A DNA stretch of 64,000 nucleotides from Eubacteriales bacterium. Its GTDB lineage: Bacteria > Bacillota > Clostridia > Oscillospirales > JAAYXM01. The first letter of the stretch is position 1. Every line of letters starts with the position of its first letter. The position numbers and the translations under genes were made by a program. Positions 18,627-29,125 of this stretch are shown in pieces. Location: the NCBI GenBank assembly GCA_045595365.1, contig JAZOAI010000033.1, forward strand, positions 743 to 64,742, in the 5' to 3' direction. The notes below the pieces were generated by a model. The model was given only the letters and a program-made list of their open reading frames with translations, was not told the origin of the DNA and made no database searches.

Positions 18627-19093
18627 TTCTTTTTCCGCCTTAAAATGAATAAAACAGACAAGGGAAGCGAAAGTAAGATAACAAGCGCAACATACGGCAT
18701 TTTTATGAACGTCTGCATAATCTCAGAAAAAACTTCAGGCGACAAAAACACAGACAATCCCACTATCGCAGAAAAGACCGCGACAGCTAAAACCGCCCCT
18801 GCCGAAATATCTTTTATGCTTCTGATATTTTCATCGTAGCGTTTTGACATCTCATCACACAAAAGCTCAATCGCCGTGTTGAAAAGCTCTGCCGAAAGAA
18901 CCAATCCGAAGCAGATGAGGAATTTCGAAAACGCAGAAAAGCCTACCTTGCCTATTATCGAAAAGGCGATAACATAGAGCATCATACAAATATGTATTCT
19001 GAAGTTGCGCTCATACCTTGCCGCAACCCAAATCCCGCGGAACGCGTTTTTGAAGCTTCCGACAAGGCTTTTTATCTCTTGTTTCGGATGCAT
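18623..19093 (-). CDS. dgkA: Diacylglycerol/undecaprenol kinase
   Basis: A small 3-TM protein with the ERNFRIH, ELFNTAIE and KDISAGAVL motifs. Confidence 0.8.
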   Translation of the reverse strand: MHPKQEIKSLVGSFKNAFRGIWVAARYERNFRIHICMMLYVIAFSIIGKVGFSAFSKFLICFGLVLSAELFNTAIELLCDEMSKRYDENIRSIKDISAGAVLAVAVFSAIVGLSVFLSPEVFSEIMQTFIKMPYVALVILLSLPLSVLFILRRKKK

Positions 19094-19096
19094 TTT

Positions 19097-19585
19097 CTAC
19101 CTCCGTATCCCCATACTTTCGAGTATTTCCTCCTGGCGGGAGAAATGAAGCTTCTCCTCTTCTTCCCCAAGCTCGTGGTCATATCCGAGAAGGTGCAAAA
19201 TGCCGTGAACCGTGAGGAAGGAGATTTCCCGCTCCTCGCTGTGGCCGTATTCCTCCGCCTGCGCCTTAGCGCGAAGGGCGGAAATAACAATATCGCCGAG
19301 CATAACTGTTCCTGTCTCCTCGTCAAGCTCAAGCGGGGAGACCTCTATCTTCTCGCCCGGAGAAAGCTCAAGCATCGGGAATGAGAGAACGTCAGTCGCC
19401 CTGTCAATCTCGCGGTGCTCACGATTCAGCTCGCGGATATTCTCATCATCGGTAATTATAACGCAGATGTCGCACCCCTGCTCCACCTTTTCATAGTCAA
19501 GAGCTGCCGCAACTGCTTTTTTGACGACTTCGTCAAACGTCGCATCTGCTATTTCGTTCACAACTGTTATTCTATGCTCTGCCAT
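19097..19585 (-). CDS. ybeY: rRNA maturation endoribonuclease YbeY
   Basis: HGILHLLGYDH zinc motif; 162 aa. Confidence 0.9.
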   Translation of the reverse strand: MAEHRITVVNEIADATFDEVVKKAVAAALDYEKVEQGCDICVIITDDENIRELNREHREIDRATDVLSFPMLELSPGEKIEVSPLELDEETGTVMLGDIVISALRAKAQAEEYGHSEEREISFLTVHGILHLLGYDHELGEEEEKLHFSRQEEILESMGIRR

Positions 19586-20585
19586 TTTTTGACCCCTGCC
19601 TTATCTGTTGAATTTTCTTCTCGCGTTCTCTATCGCGTTTTTCGTAAGCATTTATTATCCTCTGAACGAGAACGTGGCGCACGACATCCTTCGCAGAAAG
19701 CTCGCACAGCGCAACATCCTCTACATCGCGGAGAACCTTCATCGCATCCCGAAGCCCGGAGGTTTTTCCGTCAGGCAAATCTATCTGCGTTATGTCGCCC
19801 GTAATTACCGCCTTTGAGTTAAACCCAAGCCTCGTGAGAAACATCTTCATCTGCTCAGGCGTCGTATTCTGTGCCTCGTCAAGAATTATGAAGGAATCGT
19901 CAAGCGTTCTTCCCCTCATATATGCAAGCGGAGCAACCTCAATAGTCCCGCGCTCCATATATCTCTGAAACGCTTCAGGCCCTATCATATCATACAACCC
20001 GTCATAAAGCGGCCGGAGATATGGGTCAACCTTGCTTTGCAAGTCTCCGGGGAGAAAACCAAGCTTTTCTCCTGCCTCTATTGCAGGGCGGGTTAAGATA
20101 ATCCGGTTTACCCTCTTTTCTCTGAAGGCATTTACCGCCGCCGCAACGGCGAGATATGTTTTTCCCGTTCCTGCGGGGCCGATTCCGAGAGTTACCGTAT
20201 TGTTCGCGATTGCGTTTATATAGTCTCTCTGGCCTATAGTTTTCGGCTTTATAGGTTTTCCTTTTACTGTTATGCAAACTATGTCGCGCGAGAGCTCTGC
20301 TATCTGCCCTTCCTTGTTTTCTTCGACAAGCCCTATGGCATAACGTATATTCTGCTCGTTTATTGCTTCGCCGCGCGATGAAAGAACGAGAAGGCTTTCT
20401 ATAACCCTGACGGCGCGATCTGCCCGCTCCGGCTCACCCATAACCTTAAGCTCCGTGTTTCTGTTGAGGACAGTGACCCCAAGCTCCCGCTCAAGTATCC
20501 CGATGTTCTCATCAAACGAGCCGAAAATATCCGTCATCTGTTCGAGTCTTTCAACGTTTATAGTTCTCTCTACCATTTTATCCAT
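19572..20585 (-). CDS. phoH: PhoH-family ATPase
   Basis: GPAGTGKTYLAVA Walker A motif, ILTRPAIEAGEKLGFLPGD, and FIILDEAQN. Confidence 0.9.
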   Translation of the reverse strand: MDKMVERTINVERLEQMTDIFGSFDENIGILERELGVTVLNRNTELKVMGEPERADRAVRVIESLLVLSSRGEAINEQNIRYAIGLVEENKEGQIAELSRDIVCITVKGKPIKPKTIGQRDYINAIANNTVTLGIGPAGTGKTYLAVAAAVNAFREKRVNRIILTRPAIEAGEKLGFLPGDLQSKVDPYLRPLYDGLYDMIGPEAFQRYMERGTIEVAPLAYMRGRTLDDSFIILDEAQNTTPEQMKMFLTRLGFNSKAVITGDITQIDLPDGKTSGLRDAMKVLRDVEDVALCELSAKDVVRHVLVQRIINAYEKRDREREKKIQQIRQGSKNGRA

Positions 20586-21759
20586 CCTTCAGCATTTTTC
20601 TTTTAACGCCTATTTTTTCTATGCACTCCGCTTTAATCGCCGCATACGCAAACTTCTCATCCGCGCGCGTGTCAAGCTTTGTGCTTACAACCTCAAAAAC
20701 CTCGCCGCCCGACAAACACTCATTCAAAGTCTCTCCCATAATCTCAAACGCCTGCTCCTCGCGAAAAGCTTCTTCCCGGAGCTCAAACTCGCGATAGGTT
20801 GCACACTCAAGAGAGAGCGGAAGAGTTATTGCGCGAGACACTGTAAGATTGTTCCTTTTTATTATTTTATCACACTTTGCATATGAAATTCTACTGTTTG
20901 GATATAATTTTATTCGCTTTCCGAATAAAATTATTGTATAGCACTTTTTTTCGCGCCCGGTAAACTCCTTTTGCATGGTCTTTTTTGGCATTTTTGCGCT
21001 TATGTTTTTCCACGTTTTTGCCGTTATTTCCGCATCTGCGTGAGTTATTACGGTTGTTCCCTCTCTCCCGGTTATGTATCCGCTTGCAAGAAGCTGCCCA
21101 CGGACTACGGTTTCGCCGCGCACAACCTCCGGAGTTCCCGTTTTCACGGTAATGCTGTGGATTATCCCGTCTTTATCCGCCACTATGTCACACGGGACAT
21201 CGGCCGGAAGAATTTCAGGCGGAGCCTTGCGCTCTCTTGCTGTCACCTTCGCTTCCGCACCGCTGAAATTCACATATATATATGAAAGCTCAGGCATATC
21301 TATGAGAATATTGTTTCGAAGCGCTTCAAGGTCAATCGAGCTGTGCATAGCCCCGATTCTGAGCCCTTCACCCTGAAGCCTCTGCCGAAGCTTTTCTTCA
21401 TCCAGCCCCTCAAAGCCGTCTATATTTATCGTCCACACAAACCCCGTAAATATCCATGCTGCAACACAAAACATAGCACACCCCGCCACAAGAATGCTTC
21501 GGCGTTTTATCCTCCGGCTAAAAAAAGGAAAGCCACCTTTTGAAATGATGTGTACGCGGCACATTGATTTTTTCGCAACGGGCGCAATTTCGAGAAAGCT
21601 TTTAGCGCGCAGAGTAATCCTGAAAACCCCTATATCGCAAATTTGCATATCCCAGAATTTAATTCCGTTTCTCGCACAGAGATTCAAAAAACGCTCGGGG
21701 TATGACCCTGTCACCTCTATGGTAACACACCCTGAAAATAGATTCACAAATTTTTGCAT
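20578..21759 (-). CDS. yqfD: Sporulation protein YqfD
   Basis: The N-terminus (GCVTIEVTGSYPERFLNLCARNGIKFWD) and the conserved position between yqfC and phoH. Confidence 0.8.
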   Translation of the reverse strand: MQKFVNLFSGCVTIEVTGSYPERFLNLCARNGIKFWDMQICDIGVFRITLRAKSFLEIAPVAKKSMCRVHIISKGGFPFFSRRIKRRSILVAGCAMFCVAAWIFTGFVWTINIDGFEGLDEEKLRQRLQGEGLRIGAMHSSIDLEALRNNILIDMPELSYIYVNFSGAEAKVTARERKAPPEILPADVPCDIVADKDGIIHSITVKTGTPEVVRGETVVRGQLLASGYITGREGTTVITHADAEITAKTWKNISAKMPKKTMQKEFTGREKKCYTIILFGKRIKLYPNSRISYAKCDKIIKRNNLTVSRAITLPLSLECATYREFELREEAFREEQAFEIMGETLNECLSGGEVFEVVSTKLDTRADEKFAYAAIKAECIEKIGVKRKMLKDG

Positions 21760-21762
21760 ATC

Positions 21763-22044
21763 CTATATACCCTGCCCTTTATACTCTATTCTTTCTATCC
21801 TCCCGCAGATGCGAAGCTCCGCGGCATTCATTGCCGTCACGCGCAGATTCCCCCCGACGACACAAACACTTCCGCTAGGAGAATTGATTTCTATCTCCTC
21901 TTCACCAAGCGATATAATCCCCTTATGGTTTTCAAAAAACGCCTCGCGGTTTCCCGATAACTCAATATGCAAAAGTCCGCCTTTTGTATCAGCGGGGATA
22001 TCGAACATATCTGCCGTTTTTATGAAAATGTTTTCTTTTTTCAT
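21763..22044 (-). CDS. yqfC: YabP/YqfC-family sporulation protein
   Basis: A small protein (LHIELSGNREAFFENHKGII...) upstream of yqfD. The ATG at 22044 has an AAGGGAGA RBS. Confidence 0.7.
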   Translation of the reverse strand: MKKENIFIKTADMFDIPADTKGGLLHIELSGNREAFFENHKGIISLGEEEIEINSPSGSVCVVGGNLRVTAMNAAELRICGRIERIEYKGQGI

Positions 22045-22184
22045 ACACATTCTCCCTTCATAATAAATTCTATTAGCGCGCATCTTTGTCTATGTTTAAA
22101 ATATTTATACTCAAAGGCTTGCTTTTTTTATGTAGCAGGGATATAATTAAGTAGTTCTATCACCCTTTAAGGAGGAGACATTTA

Positions 22185-23447
22185 TTGCGTTCATTTTTAG
22201 ATAGTGCAAACCTTTTGCTCTTTATTTTCTTCACGGTTTTGTACTCTTATCAGCTCGTCTATGTCTTTATCTCTCTTTTCGGAAAGAAAAAAGTTTTCAC
22301 TGCATCGTGTATGCACAAATACGCAATCTTAATAGCGGCACGAAACGAACAGTCCGTCATATGCCAGCTCATTGAAAGCATAAAAAGACAGAAATACCCA
22401 TCCGATCTTTACGATATCTACGTTATCGCCGATAACTGCACCGACGAAACTGCATCGCGTGCGGAAAGTGCAGGGGCTACGGTCTTTTGCAGAAATGACA
22501 CAACGCACATCGGCAAAGGCTATGCTCTCAACTTCGGCTTCAAAAGCCTTGTAAAGCTCGGCAAGTTTTCAGAGTATGACGGCTTCTTTGTTTTCGATGC
22601 AGATAATCTTCTTGATGAGAACTACATCACAGAAATGAATAATGTTTTCGATTCGGGCTACCGCATAGTTACAAGCTATCGCAACTCGAAGAACTACGAC
22701 ACCAACTGGATCTCGGCAGGCTCCTCGCTCTGGTTCCTGCGCGAAGCAAAATTCATTAACGCCTCCCGCATGATTCTGGGTTTAAGCTGTGCCGTTTCGG
22801 GAACAGGCTTTCTCGTCTCCCGCGAGATTATAGAGAAAAATCAGGGCTGGAAGTACTACCTTCTCACTGAAGATATCGAATTTTCCATTGACAGCGTCAT
22901 AAAGGACGAAAAGATTGGATATGCCGAAAACGCTATGCTCTATGACGAACAGCCCTATACCTACAAAGACTCCTGGAACCAACGCATTCGCTGGGCAAAA
23001 GGCTTTTTTCAGGTTTTTGCCGCATACGGCGCAAAGCTTTTCCGCGCAATTTTTAAAAACCGCAGTTTTTCAGCATACGATATGCTTATGACGATTATGC
23101 CCGCTATGCTTCTTACCGTCGTCGGGGCCGTCGTGAATTCCGTGTTCCTTATCATTTCGCTTGTAAACCTTCCCGAGTATCATACACTCGCGATTGTTTC
23201 TTCTATCGCTTTGTTTATGACCTTCTTCAATTTCTACGCTATTTTGTTCTTCTTTGCCGCAATTACGACTATAACCGAATGGAAGAACATAAACACGACC
23301 CCCGCAAAAAAGATTCGATATATATTCACCTTCCCGCTCTTTATTTTCACATATATCCCGATATCCATCTCGGCGCTTTTCAAGAAAATTGAGTGGAAGC
23401 CCATAAACCACAGCATCGCAAAAAACATAGAAGAGTTTCAGAAATAA
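22185..23447 (+). CDS. Membrane-embedded family-2 glycosyltransferase with the processive QxxRW motif
   Basis: ILIAARNE, FDADN, TEDIEFS and QRIRWAKG motifs, plus N- and C-terminal TM helices. TTG start 7 nt after AAGGAGGAG. Confidence 0.75.
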   Translation: MRSFLDSANLLLFIFFTVLYSYQLVYVFISLFGKKKVFTASCMHKYAILIAARNEQSVICQLIESIKRQKYPSDLYDIYVIADNCTDETASRAESAGATVFCRNDTTHIGKGYALNFGFKSLVKLGKFSEYDGFFVFDADNLLDENYITEMNNVFDSGYRIVTSYRNSKNYDTNWISAGSSLWFLREAKFINASRMILGLSCAVSGTGFLVSREIIEKNQGWKYYLLTEDIEFSIDSVIKDEKIGYAENAMLYDEQPYTYKDSWNQRIRWAKGFFQVFAAYGAKLFRAIFKNRSFSAYDMLMTIMPAMLLTVVGAVVNSVFLIISLVNLPEYHTLAIVSSIALFMTFFNFYAILFFFAAITTITEWKNINTTPAKKIRYIFTFPLFIFTYIPISISALFKKIEWKPINHSIAKNIEEFQK

Positions 23448-23453
23448 ATAATA

Positions 23454-23489
23454 AAAAACGGACACATCAAAATGATGTGTCCGTTTTTT
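23454..23489. terminator. Bidirectional terminator between the convergent GT2 gene and ftsH
   Basis: AAAAA-CGGACACATCA-AAA-TGATGTGTCCG-TTTTTT. Confidence 0.75.
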
Positions 23490-23496
23490 GTGCTTC

Positions 23497-25383
23497 TTAT
23501 TCGTTTTCAGATGAGGCTTCTTCGTTTTTAACTTCTTTTTCAGGAACATCCTCTCCGAAGATTGCGTAGAAGTCTTCTGCTTCCATTGTTTCCTTTTCGA
23601 GCAGGAAGTTTGCGACCTCGTGGAGCTTATCCATATGGTCGTTCAAAATCCCTTCGCAGCGGGCATATGCAGCCTCTACAACATCGCGGATTTCTTCATC
23701 AATGATTCCGGCAATCTCCTCGGAATATGCGCGCTTTGAAGCAAAGTCGCGGCCGAGGAAGACCTCTTCATTCTCAGATGCATAGCTTATCGGGCCGAGC
23801 CTGTCGCTCATTCCGTATTTCGTAACCATATCACGCGCAATAGCCGTTGCTCTCTGGATGTCGTTTGAAGCGCCCGTTGAAATATCATCAAGCACAAGCT
23901 TTTCTGCAACGCGACCGCCGAGCAGGGAAACTATTTCTTCGTTCATGGCAGTTTTTGATTTTGTGTAAACATCCTCTCTCGGGAGGGAAATCGTATAGCC
24001 GTTTGCCATTCCACGCGGGATAATAGAGATGTGATGAACGGGGTCCTGAGTTTCAAGGAACTTCATCGCAAGCGCATGGCCCGCCTCGTGGTATGCAACG
24101 AGCTTGTTCTCGTGTTCATTACGCACTCTGTTATGCTTTGCAGGGCCTGCGATAATCTTGAGCATTGACTTTTCAATGTCGTCCTGCGTGAGCGCTGCTT
24201 CTCCGCGGCGAGCGGCAAGAAGAGCTGCTTCGTTAAGAAGATTTTCAAGGTCTGCAGGGGTAAACCCGCTTGTCGATTTTGCAACCGTCTTAAGGCTTAC
24301 ATCTGCCGCAAGCTTCTTCGAGCGTGTGTGAATCGCCAGAACCTTTTCGCGGTCTTTCATATCGGGAAGCCCGACATATACCTGGCGGTCAAACCTGCCC
24401 GGGCGCATAAGCGCGGGGTCAAGAATATCGGGGCGGTTTGTCGCCGCGATAATTATAACACCCTCGTTATTTCCAAAGCCGTCCATTTCAACAAGGAGCT
24501 GATTGAGTGTCTGCTCTCTTTCATCATGCCCGCCGCCATAGCCTGCGCCACGGTGACGGCCGACAGCGTCAATTTCGTCTATGAATATGATTGCCGGAGC
24601 CGCTTTTTTAGCCTGCTCGAAAAGATCACGCACGCGCGAAGCACCAACTCCGACGTAAAGCTCGACAAAGTCTGAGCCGGATATTGATAAGAACGGAACT
24701 CCCGCCTCGCCTGCAACGGCTTTGGCGATATAGGTTTTACCCGTTCCCGGAGGGCCTACAAGAAGAACTCCTTTGGGGATACGCGCTCCGATTTCCGTGA
24801 ACTTCTTCGGGTCACGAAGAAAATCCACTATCTCTGCAAGCTCAAGCTTTTCTTCCTCAGCACCTGCAACGTCTGCAAAGGTGACCTTCTTTTTCTCATC
24901 ACTGCCAAGCTTCGTTCTCGCTTTTCCGAAGCGCATTGTCTTGCTTGCGCCGCCGTCAGCCTTGCTGTACATAAAGTACCACAACGCTCCGATTGCTATA
25001 AAGACGAGGAGATACGGAAGAAGAATCATCCACCAGGGTGTCCCTGCCTCGGGGATTCTGTCATCGTCAGTAATTATCCCCGCAGAACGCTGGTACTTAA
25101 GAAGCTCTCCCAGATCCATGCGGAAATCTGCTCTGACCTGCGGGTCGGTAAGGTCAAAGGTGATTATGCTCTGGCCTGACAGCATCGGGCGTTTGAGCTG
25201 CATTGTAAGCATCCCGCCGTCGATAATATACCTCTCTACATTCTGCGCTTCAAACTGGCGCACAACCTCTGCATATGTTATCTTTTCCTCACCGTTGCCT
25301 TCAAAAAGAAAACTCGCAACGGAAATGAGGATAACAACTATCAGAAGAAAGAGAAGTATGTCTCTCGTGTTGCTTTTTTTCAA
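23497..25383 (-). CDS. ftsH: ATP-dependent zinc metalloprotease FtsH
   Basis: [17 protein letters not shown], the HEAGHAL zinc motif, and two N-terminal TM segments. Confidence 0.95.
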   Translation of the reverse strand: MKKSNTRDILLFLLIVVILISVASFLFEGNGEEKITYAEVVRQFEAQNVERYIIDGGMLTMQLKRPMLSGQSIITFDLTDPQVRADFRMDLGELLKYQRSAGIITDDDRIPEAGTPWWMILLPYLLVFIAIGALWYFMYSKADGGASKTMRFGKARTKLGSDEKKKVTFADVAGAEEEKLELAEIVDFLRDPKKFTEIGARIPKGVLLVGPPGTGKTYIAKAVAGEAGVPFLSISGSDFVELYVGVGASRVRDLFEQAKKAAPAIIFIDEIDAVGRHRGAGYGGGHDEREQTLNQLLVEMDGFGNNEGVIIIAATNRPDILDPALMRPGRFDRQVYVGLPDMKDREKVLAIHTRSKKLAADVSLKTVAKSTSGFTPADLENLLNEAALLAARRGEAALTQDDIEKSMLKIIAGPAKHNRVRNEHENKLVAYHEAGHALAMKFLETQDPVHHISIIPRGMANGYTISLPREDVYTKSKTAMNEEIVSLLGGRVAEKLVLDDISTGASNDIQRATAIARDMVTKYGMSDRLGPISYASENEEVFLGRDFASKRAYSEEIAGIIDEEIRDVVEAAYARCEGILNDHMDKLHEVANFLLEKETMEAEDFYAIFGEDVPEKEVKNEEASSENE

Positions 25384-25407
25384 TTGATGTCACATCCTTA
25401 AATAAAA

Positions 25408-25956
25408 TTATTTTTCGTAAACCTCACGTTTAAGTATGCCGATATACGGCAGATTTCTGTATTTTTCATCATAGTCAAGGCCGTAGCCGACGACGAATTC
25501 GTTTTCTATGTCAAAACCGATATAATCGGCGCACACCTCAGCCTTTCGGCGCGCAGGCTTATTGAGCAGAACACAGAGGGCCACGGAGCTTGCCCCGCGT
25601 TTTCTAAGCTCGGGAATAAGGTTTGAAAGAGTCACCCCCGTGTCAAGGATATCTTCTACGACTATAACGTCTCTTCCGTTTATGTCGGCATCCATATCCT
25701 TTTTAACAACAAGCTTTCCTGTTGTTTCGGCGCCGTTGCCATAGCTTGAAACCTGCATAAAATCTATCGTGCATGGAAAATCAAGCTCGCGGATTATGTC
25801 TGCGGTGAACACGAGTGAGCCTTTCAATATACATAATATAAGCGGGTTTTTGCCACTATATTCGCCTTTTATCTGATTTGCCAGTTTTTTTACCTTTTCG
25901 GCAATTTCTTCTTGCGAAAGAAGAACTCTCTCTATATCGTTTTTCAAAATCCACAC
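25408..25956 (-). CDS. hpt: Hypoxanthine phosphoribosyltransferase
   Basis: KNDIERVLLSQEEI..., VVEDILDTG and FVVGYGLDY. The start is ambiguous: GTG at 25956, or TTG at 25947 giving MKNDIERV. Confidence 0.9.
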   Translation of the reverse strand: MWILKNDIERVLLSQEEIAEKVKKLANQIKGEYSGKNPLILCILKGSLVFTADIIRELDFPCTIDFMQVSSYGNGAETTGKLVVKKDMDADINGRDVIVVEDILDTGVTLSNLIPELRKRGASSVALCVLLNKPARRKAEVCADYIGFDIENEFVVGYGLDYDEKYRNLPYIGILKREVYEK

Positions 25957-25957
25957 C

Positions 25958-27298
25958 CTATTTTTTGTTTATTTCTATAAAGTATCCGTGTTCCGAATCG
26001 CTAAAGAACCGGACATCTTCTCCGAAGCCGAAGACTCCGAACACCTTCTCTCCGTCTGCAATAACCGGAGTTTTTGAGCGAAGCCGCAAAGGAAGCTTTT
26101 CGTCAATAAAAAGCTTTTTGATGCTCTTCGTTCTCCGTTTCGGAAGCTTTATTTCATCTCCCTCTTTGCGAGATCGAACAACAAGATTATCTTGTATTTT
26201 ATCATATGGAACAAAAAAAGTATTTAATAAATTATGAATTTTTTCCCTTTTTTCGCTTTTTTTTACGTTAATTACATATTCTCCCCAGAAATTTTCGCCA
26301 CATTGAAGCAAAACCGGAGGAAGCTCTTCTTCGCTTGTCTCCCGTTCAAAAAGCACCTCGTCGTATATCCGACTCACCAAAAGCCCTCCGGGAAGACTTA
26401 TTCTGCACGACGGCGACTCGCTTTTCGCAAGAGACGAAATCATCCCGACGTGTCTGTATTCAAGTGTATATGAGTCTTTCCCCAAAGCATTTGCAGCAAA
26501 AATCTCACAAACCCTTGACATCAGAGCAGGCTCGGAAAGAAGCCCTTTTCTGTCACACGAGGAAAGCCCCCTCGAGATTTTCTCCGAGTGTTTTCTCGCC
26601 GCCTTCATCAGAAAAGTCGCCTCTTCTCTGAGAATCACCGACGTTCTTGATGCGTTTTCAACTGCCGAAGCGTTCAGGTCAAGAAGCGTCGGCACTGCAA
26701 GATGGCGGAGCTTGTTTCTCGAATATTGCGTTCCTTCATTTGTTTTGTCAATGCAGAAGGTAATCTTTTCTCTCTTTGCATATTCCTCAATCTCTGCCCG
26801 GGTGCATTCAATGAGCGGGCGGATTATATCACCTCTCACAGGAGGTATTCCGCAGAGGCCGTCAAGCCCGCCGCCGCGCGTGAGATTCAGGAGAATCGTT
26901 TCGAGGTTGTCGTTTGCATTATGCGCCGTTGCTATATGCGATGCACCAAGGCTCTCTTTTGCACGCCGCAAGAAGTCATATCTCGCATTTCTCGCGCACA
27001 GCTCAACAGACTCGCCTGTTTTCTCTGCCATTTCGGCAATATTTATCCTCTCCGAGATAAAATCAATCCCGTATGCCTTGCATTTTTCCCCCGCAAAGGC
27101 CTCATCAGAATCGGAATCCTCCCCGCGCAGCATATGATTCAGGTGCGCGGCGCAAACGGAGACGGAAAGCTCATCTCTCAGGCGGATGATAACATCAAGC
27201 ATAACAGACGAATCCACCCCTCCGGAAAACGCAACTAAAACTCTTCCGCCGTCTGTCATATTGCTTTTTTGTATCGTTTTTAATACCTTAGTAATCAT
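25958..27298 (-). CDS. tilS: tRNA(Ile)-lysidine synthetase
   Basis: PP-loop VAFSGGVDSS, HLNHMLRG and TAHNANDNLET, in the conserved tilS-hpt-ftsH order. Confidence 0.85.
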   Translation of the reverse strand: MITKVLKTIQKSNMTDGGRVLVAFSGGVDSSVMLDVIIRLRDELSVSVCAAHLNHMLRGEDSDSDEAFAGEKCKAYGIDFISERINIAEMAEKTGESVELCARNARYDFLRRAKESLGASHIATAHNANDNLETILLNLTRGGGLDGLCGIPPVRGDIIRPLIECTRAEIEEYAKREKITFCIDKTNEGTQYSRNKLRHLAVPTLLDLNASAVENASRTSVILREEATFLMKAARKHSEKISRGLSSCDRKGLLSEPALMSRVCEIFAANALGKDSYTLEYRHVGMISSLAKSESPSCRISLPGGLLVSRIYDEVLFERETSEEELPPVLLQCGENFWGEYVINVKKSEKREKIHNLLNTFFVPYDKIQDNLVVRSRKEGDEIKLPKRRTKSIKKLFIDEKLPLRLRSKTPVIADGEKVFGVFGFGEDVRFFSDSEHGYFIEINKK

Positions 27299-28601
27299 GT
27301 GAACTATCCACCGACGTAAACTTCGTGTATTTGCCGTCCCAGTGAAGGTCTATATCGCCCGTGCTTCCGTGGCGGTTCTTTTCAACAAGAAGCTTGACAT
27401 TCTCGGGGCTTTCCTTATCCTCTCTGAAAAGAATCATAACAACGTCGGCATCCTGCTCGATTGAACCCGATTCACGAAGATCCGAAAGCCGCGGCCGTCT
27501 CCCCTGCTTATCACTGTCTCGCGAGAGCTGGGACAGACACAAAACCGGAACGTTTAAATCCTTTGCCATAATCTTGAGCGCTCTCGAAATTGCCGCGACC
27601 TCGTTGGCGCGGTTATCCGAGCGCACGCCGGACTGGACAAGTTGGAGATAGTCGATGATTACAAGGCCGATATCCTCACCGAGTCGCCTGCACTTTGCCT
27701 TCATCTCACTTACGGTTATCCCCGTTGCGTCGGCAAGGTATATTTTCGTATTTGCGAGCGTTTCGGAAGCGTGAGCGATTGCAACCCATTCCTCATCGTT
27801 TAAAAGCCCCGTGCGAAGCTTTTTTGAATCAACGAGCGCCTCTCCGGAAATAAGCCGCAGAGCAAGCTGCTCATTTGACATTTCAAGAGAAAACACAACA
27901 ACTGCCTTGCCTGACTGTTTTGCCGCATTTGCACAGATATTGAGCGCAAAGCTTGTTTTTCCCACACCGGTGTTTGCCGCGAGAATAATAAGGTCGGAAT
28001 CGTTAAGCCCTGTGAGGAATGTATCGACGGTTGAAAAGCCCGTGGGAGTCCCCGGAAGCTTACCCGCGTTTTTCGCAAGAGTTCCGAGGTGGGCATATGT
28101 ATTTTCAAGAACATCGCGGATAGGAGATATCCCCTTGCTTTTTTTCTCACTCCGAATCTCGTATATCTTCTGCTCTGCAAACTCAACAATCTCGTCAGCC
28201 TCTCCCTCGCCTGATGCAATGGTGCTATGGATTTCTGCTGTTGTTTCATCGAGATTGCGAAGCAGAGCCTTGTCGCGGACAATTTTTATATACTGCGCCA
28301 CATTCACAGCCGTCGGAGTAATCTCCATAAGCTTTAAAATGTATGCACGCCCGCCGGAGGCTTCAAGAGTCCCCCGGACTGTGAGCTTATCAATAACCGT
28401 TATGATGTCAACCGTTTCATTGAGGGTAAACATACTCTGTATTGCTTCAAAAATATTTTTGTTTTGTGATACGTAAAAATCCTCAGCCCTTAGATGCTCC
28501 ATAACCTCCGGAATGCAGCGCGGGTCGAGAAGCATTGAACCAAGAACAGACTGTTCCGCCTCAACATTGTGCGGCAGCTTTGCTCCGATGAGTTCATCCA
28601 T
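27288..28601 (-). CDS. dnaB: Replicative DNA helicase
   Basis: LPHNVEAEQSVLGSML, AANTGVGKTSFALN and IIDYLQL. Confidence 0.95.
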   Translation of the reverse strand: MDELIGAKLPHNVEAEQSVLGSMLLDPRCIPEVMEHLRAEDFYVSQNKNIFEAIQSMFTLNETVDIITVIDKLTVRGTLEASGGRAYILKLMEITPTAVNVAQYIKIVRDKALLRNLDETTAEIHSTIASGEGEADEIVEFAEQKIYEIRSEKKSKGISPIRDVLENTYAHLGTLAKNAGKLPGTPTGFSTVDTFLTGLNDSDLIILAANTGVGKTSFALNICANAAKQSGKAVVVFSLEMSNEQLALRLISGEALVDSKKLRTGLLNDEEWVAIAHASETLANTKIYLADATGITVSEMKAKCRRLGEDIGLVIIDYLQLVQSGVRSDNRANEVAAISRALKIMAKDLNVPVLCLSQLSRDSDKQGRRPRLSDLRESGSIEQDADVVMILFREDKESPENVKLLVEKNRHGSTGDIDLHWDGKYTKFTSVDSSHDY

Positions 28602-28628
28602 TTTTACAACCCCCTATAAGCAGGAAAT

Positions 28629-29075
28629 TTATGCCTCTTTGACAACTACGGAAAGCTTTCCGCTTACTTCGTTATAAAGCTTTACCTTGACCTCATATGT
28701 CCCGAACTGCTTTATGTTTTCGGAAAGCACCATCTTGTGGCGATCAATCTCTATTTTGTGTTGAGCGGAAAGCGCATCTGCAATATCGCCCGCTGTGACC
28801 GAGCCGAAGAGCCGGCCGCCCGCTCCTGCCTTTGCTTTTACTTCAACCTTTATGCCGGCAAGCCTTTGCGCAAGAGCTTTTGCTTCTTCCTTTTCTCTTG
28901 CGATTCGGGCAATATTAGCTTCCTCGCGGAGGCGCGCCGTATTAAGGTTATCTGCTGTTGCTTCCTTTGCAAGATTTTTAGGAAAAAGGAAATTTCTTGC
29001 ATATCCGTCAGATACATTTACAATCTGGCCCTTCTTCCCCTGACCTTTAACATCCGCATTTAAAATTACCTTCAT
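28629..29075 (-). CDS. rplI: 50S ribosomal protein L9
   Basis: [37 protein letters not shown] prefer the second ATG at 29075 because GGAGG lies about 9 nt upstream. Confidence 0.9.
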   Translation of the reverse strand: MKVILNADVKGQGKKGQIVNVSDGYARNFLFPKNLAKEATADNLNTARLREEANIARIAREKEEAKALAQRLAGIKVEVKAKAGAGGRLFGSVTAGDIADALSAQHKIEIDRHKMVLSENIKQFGTYEVKVKLYNEVSGKLSVVVKEA

Positions 29076-29125
29076 TTTCATATTCCTCCATATTTCGCAA
29101 AAACTGATCCTTTTTTTCTTTCTTG

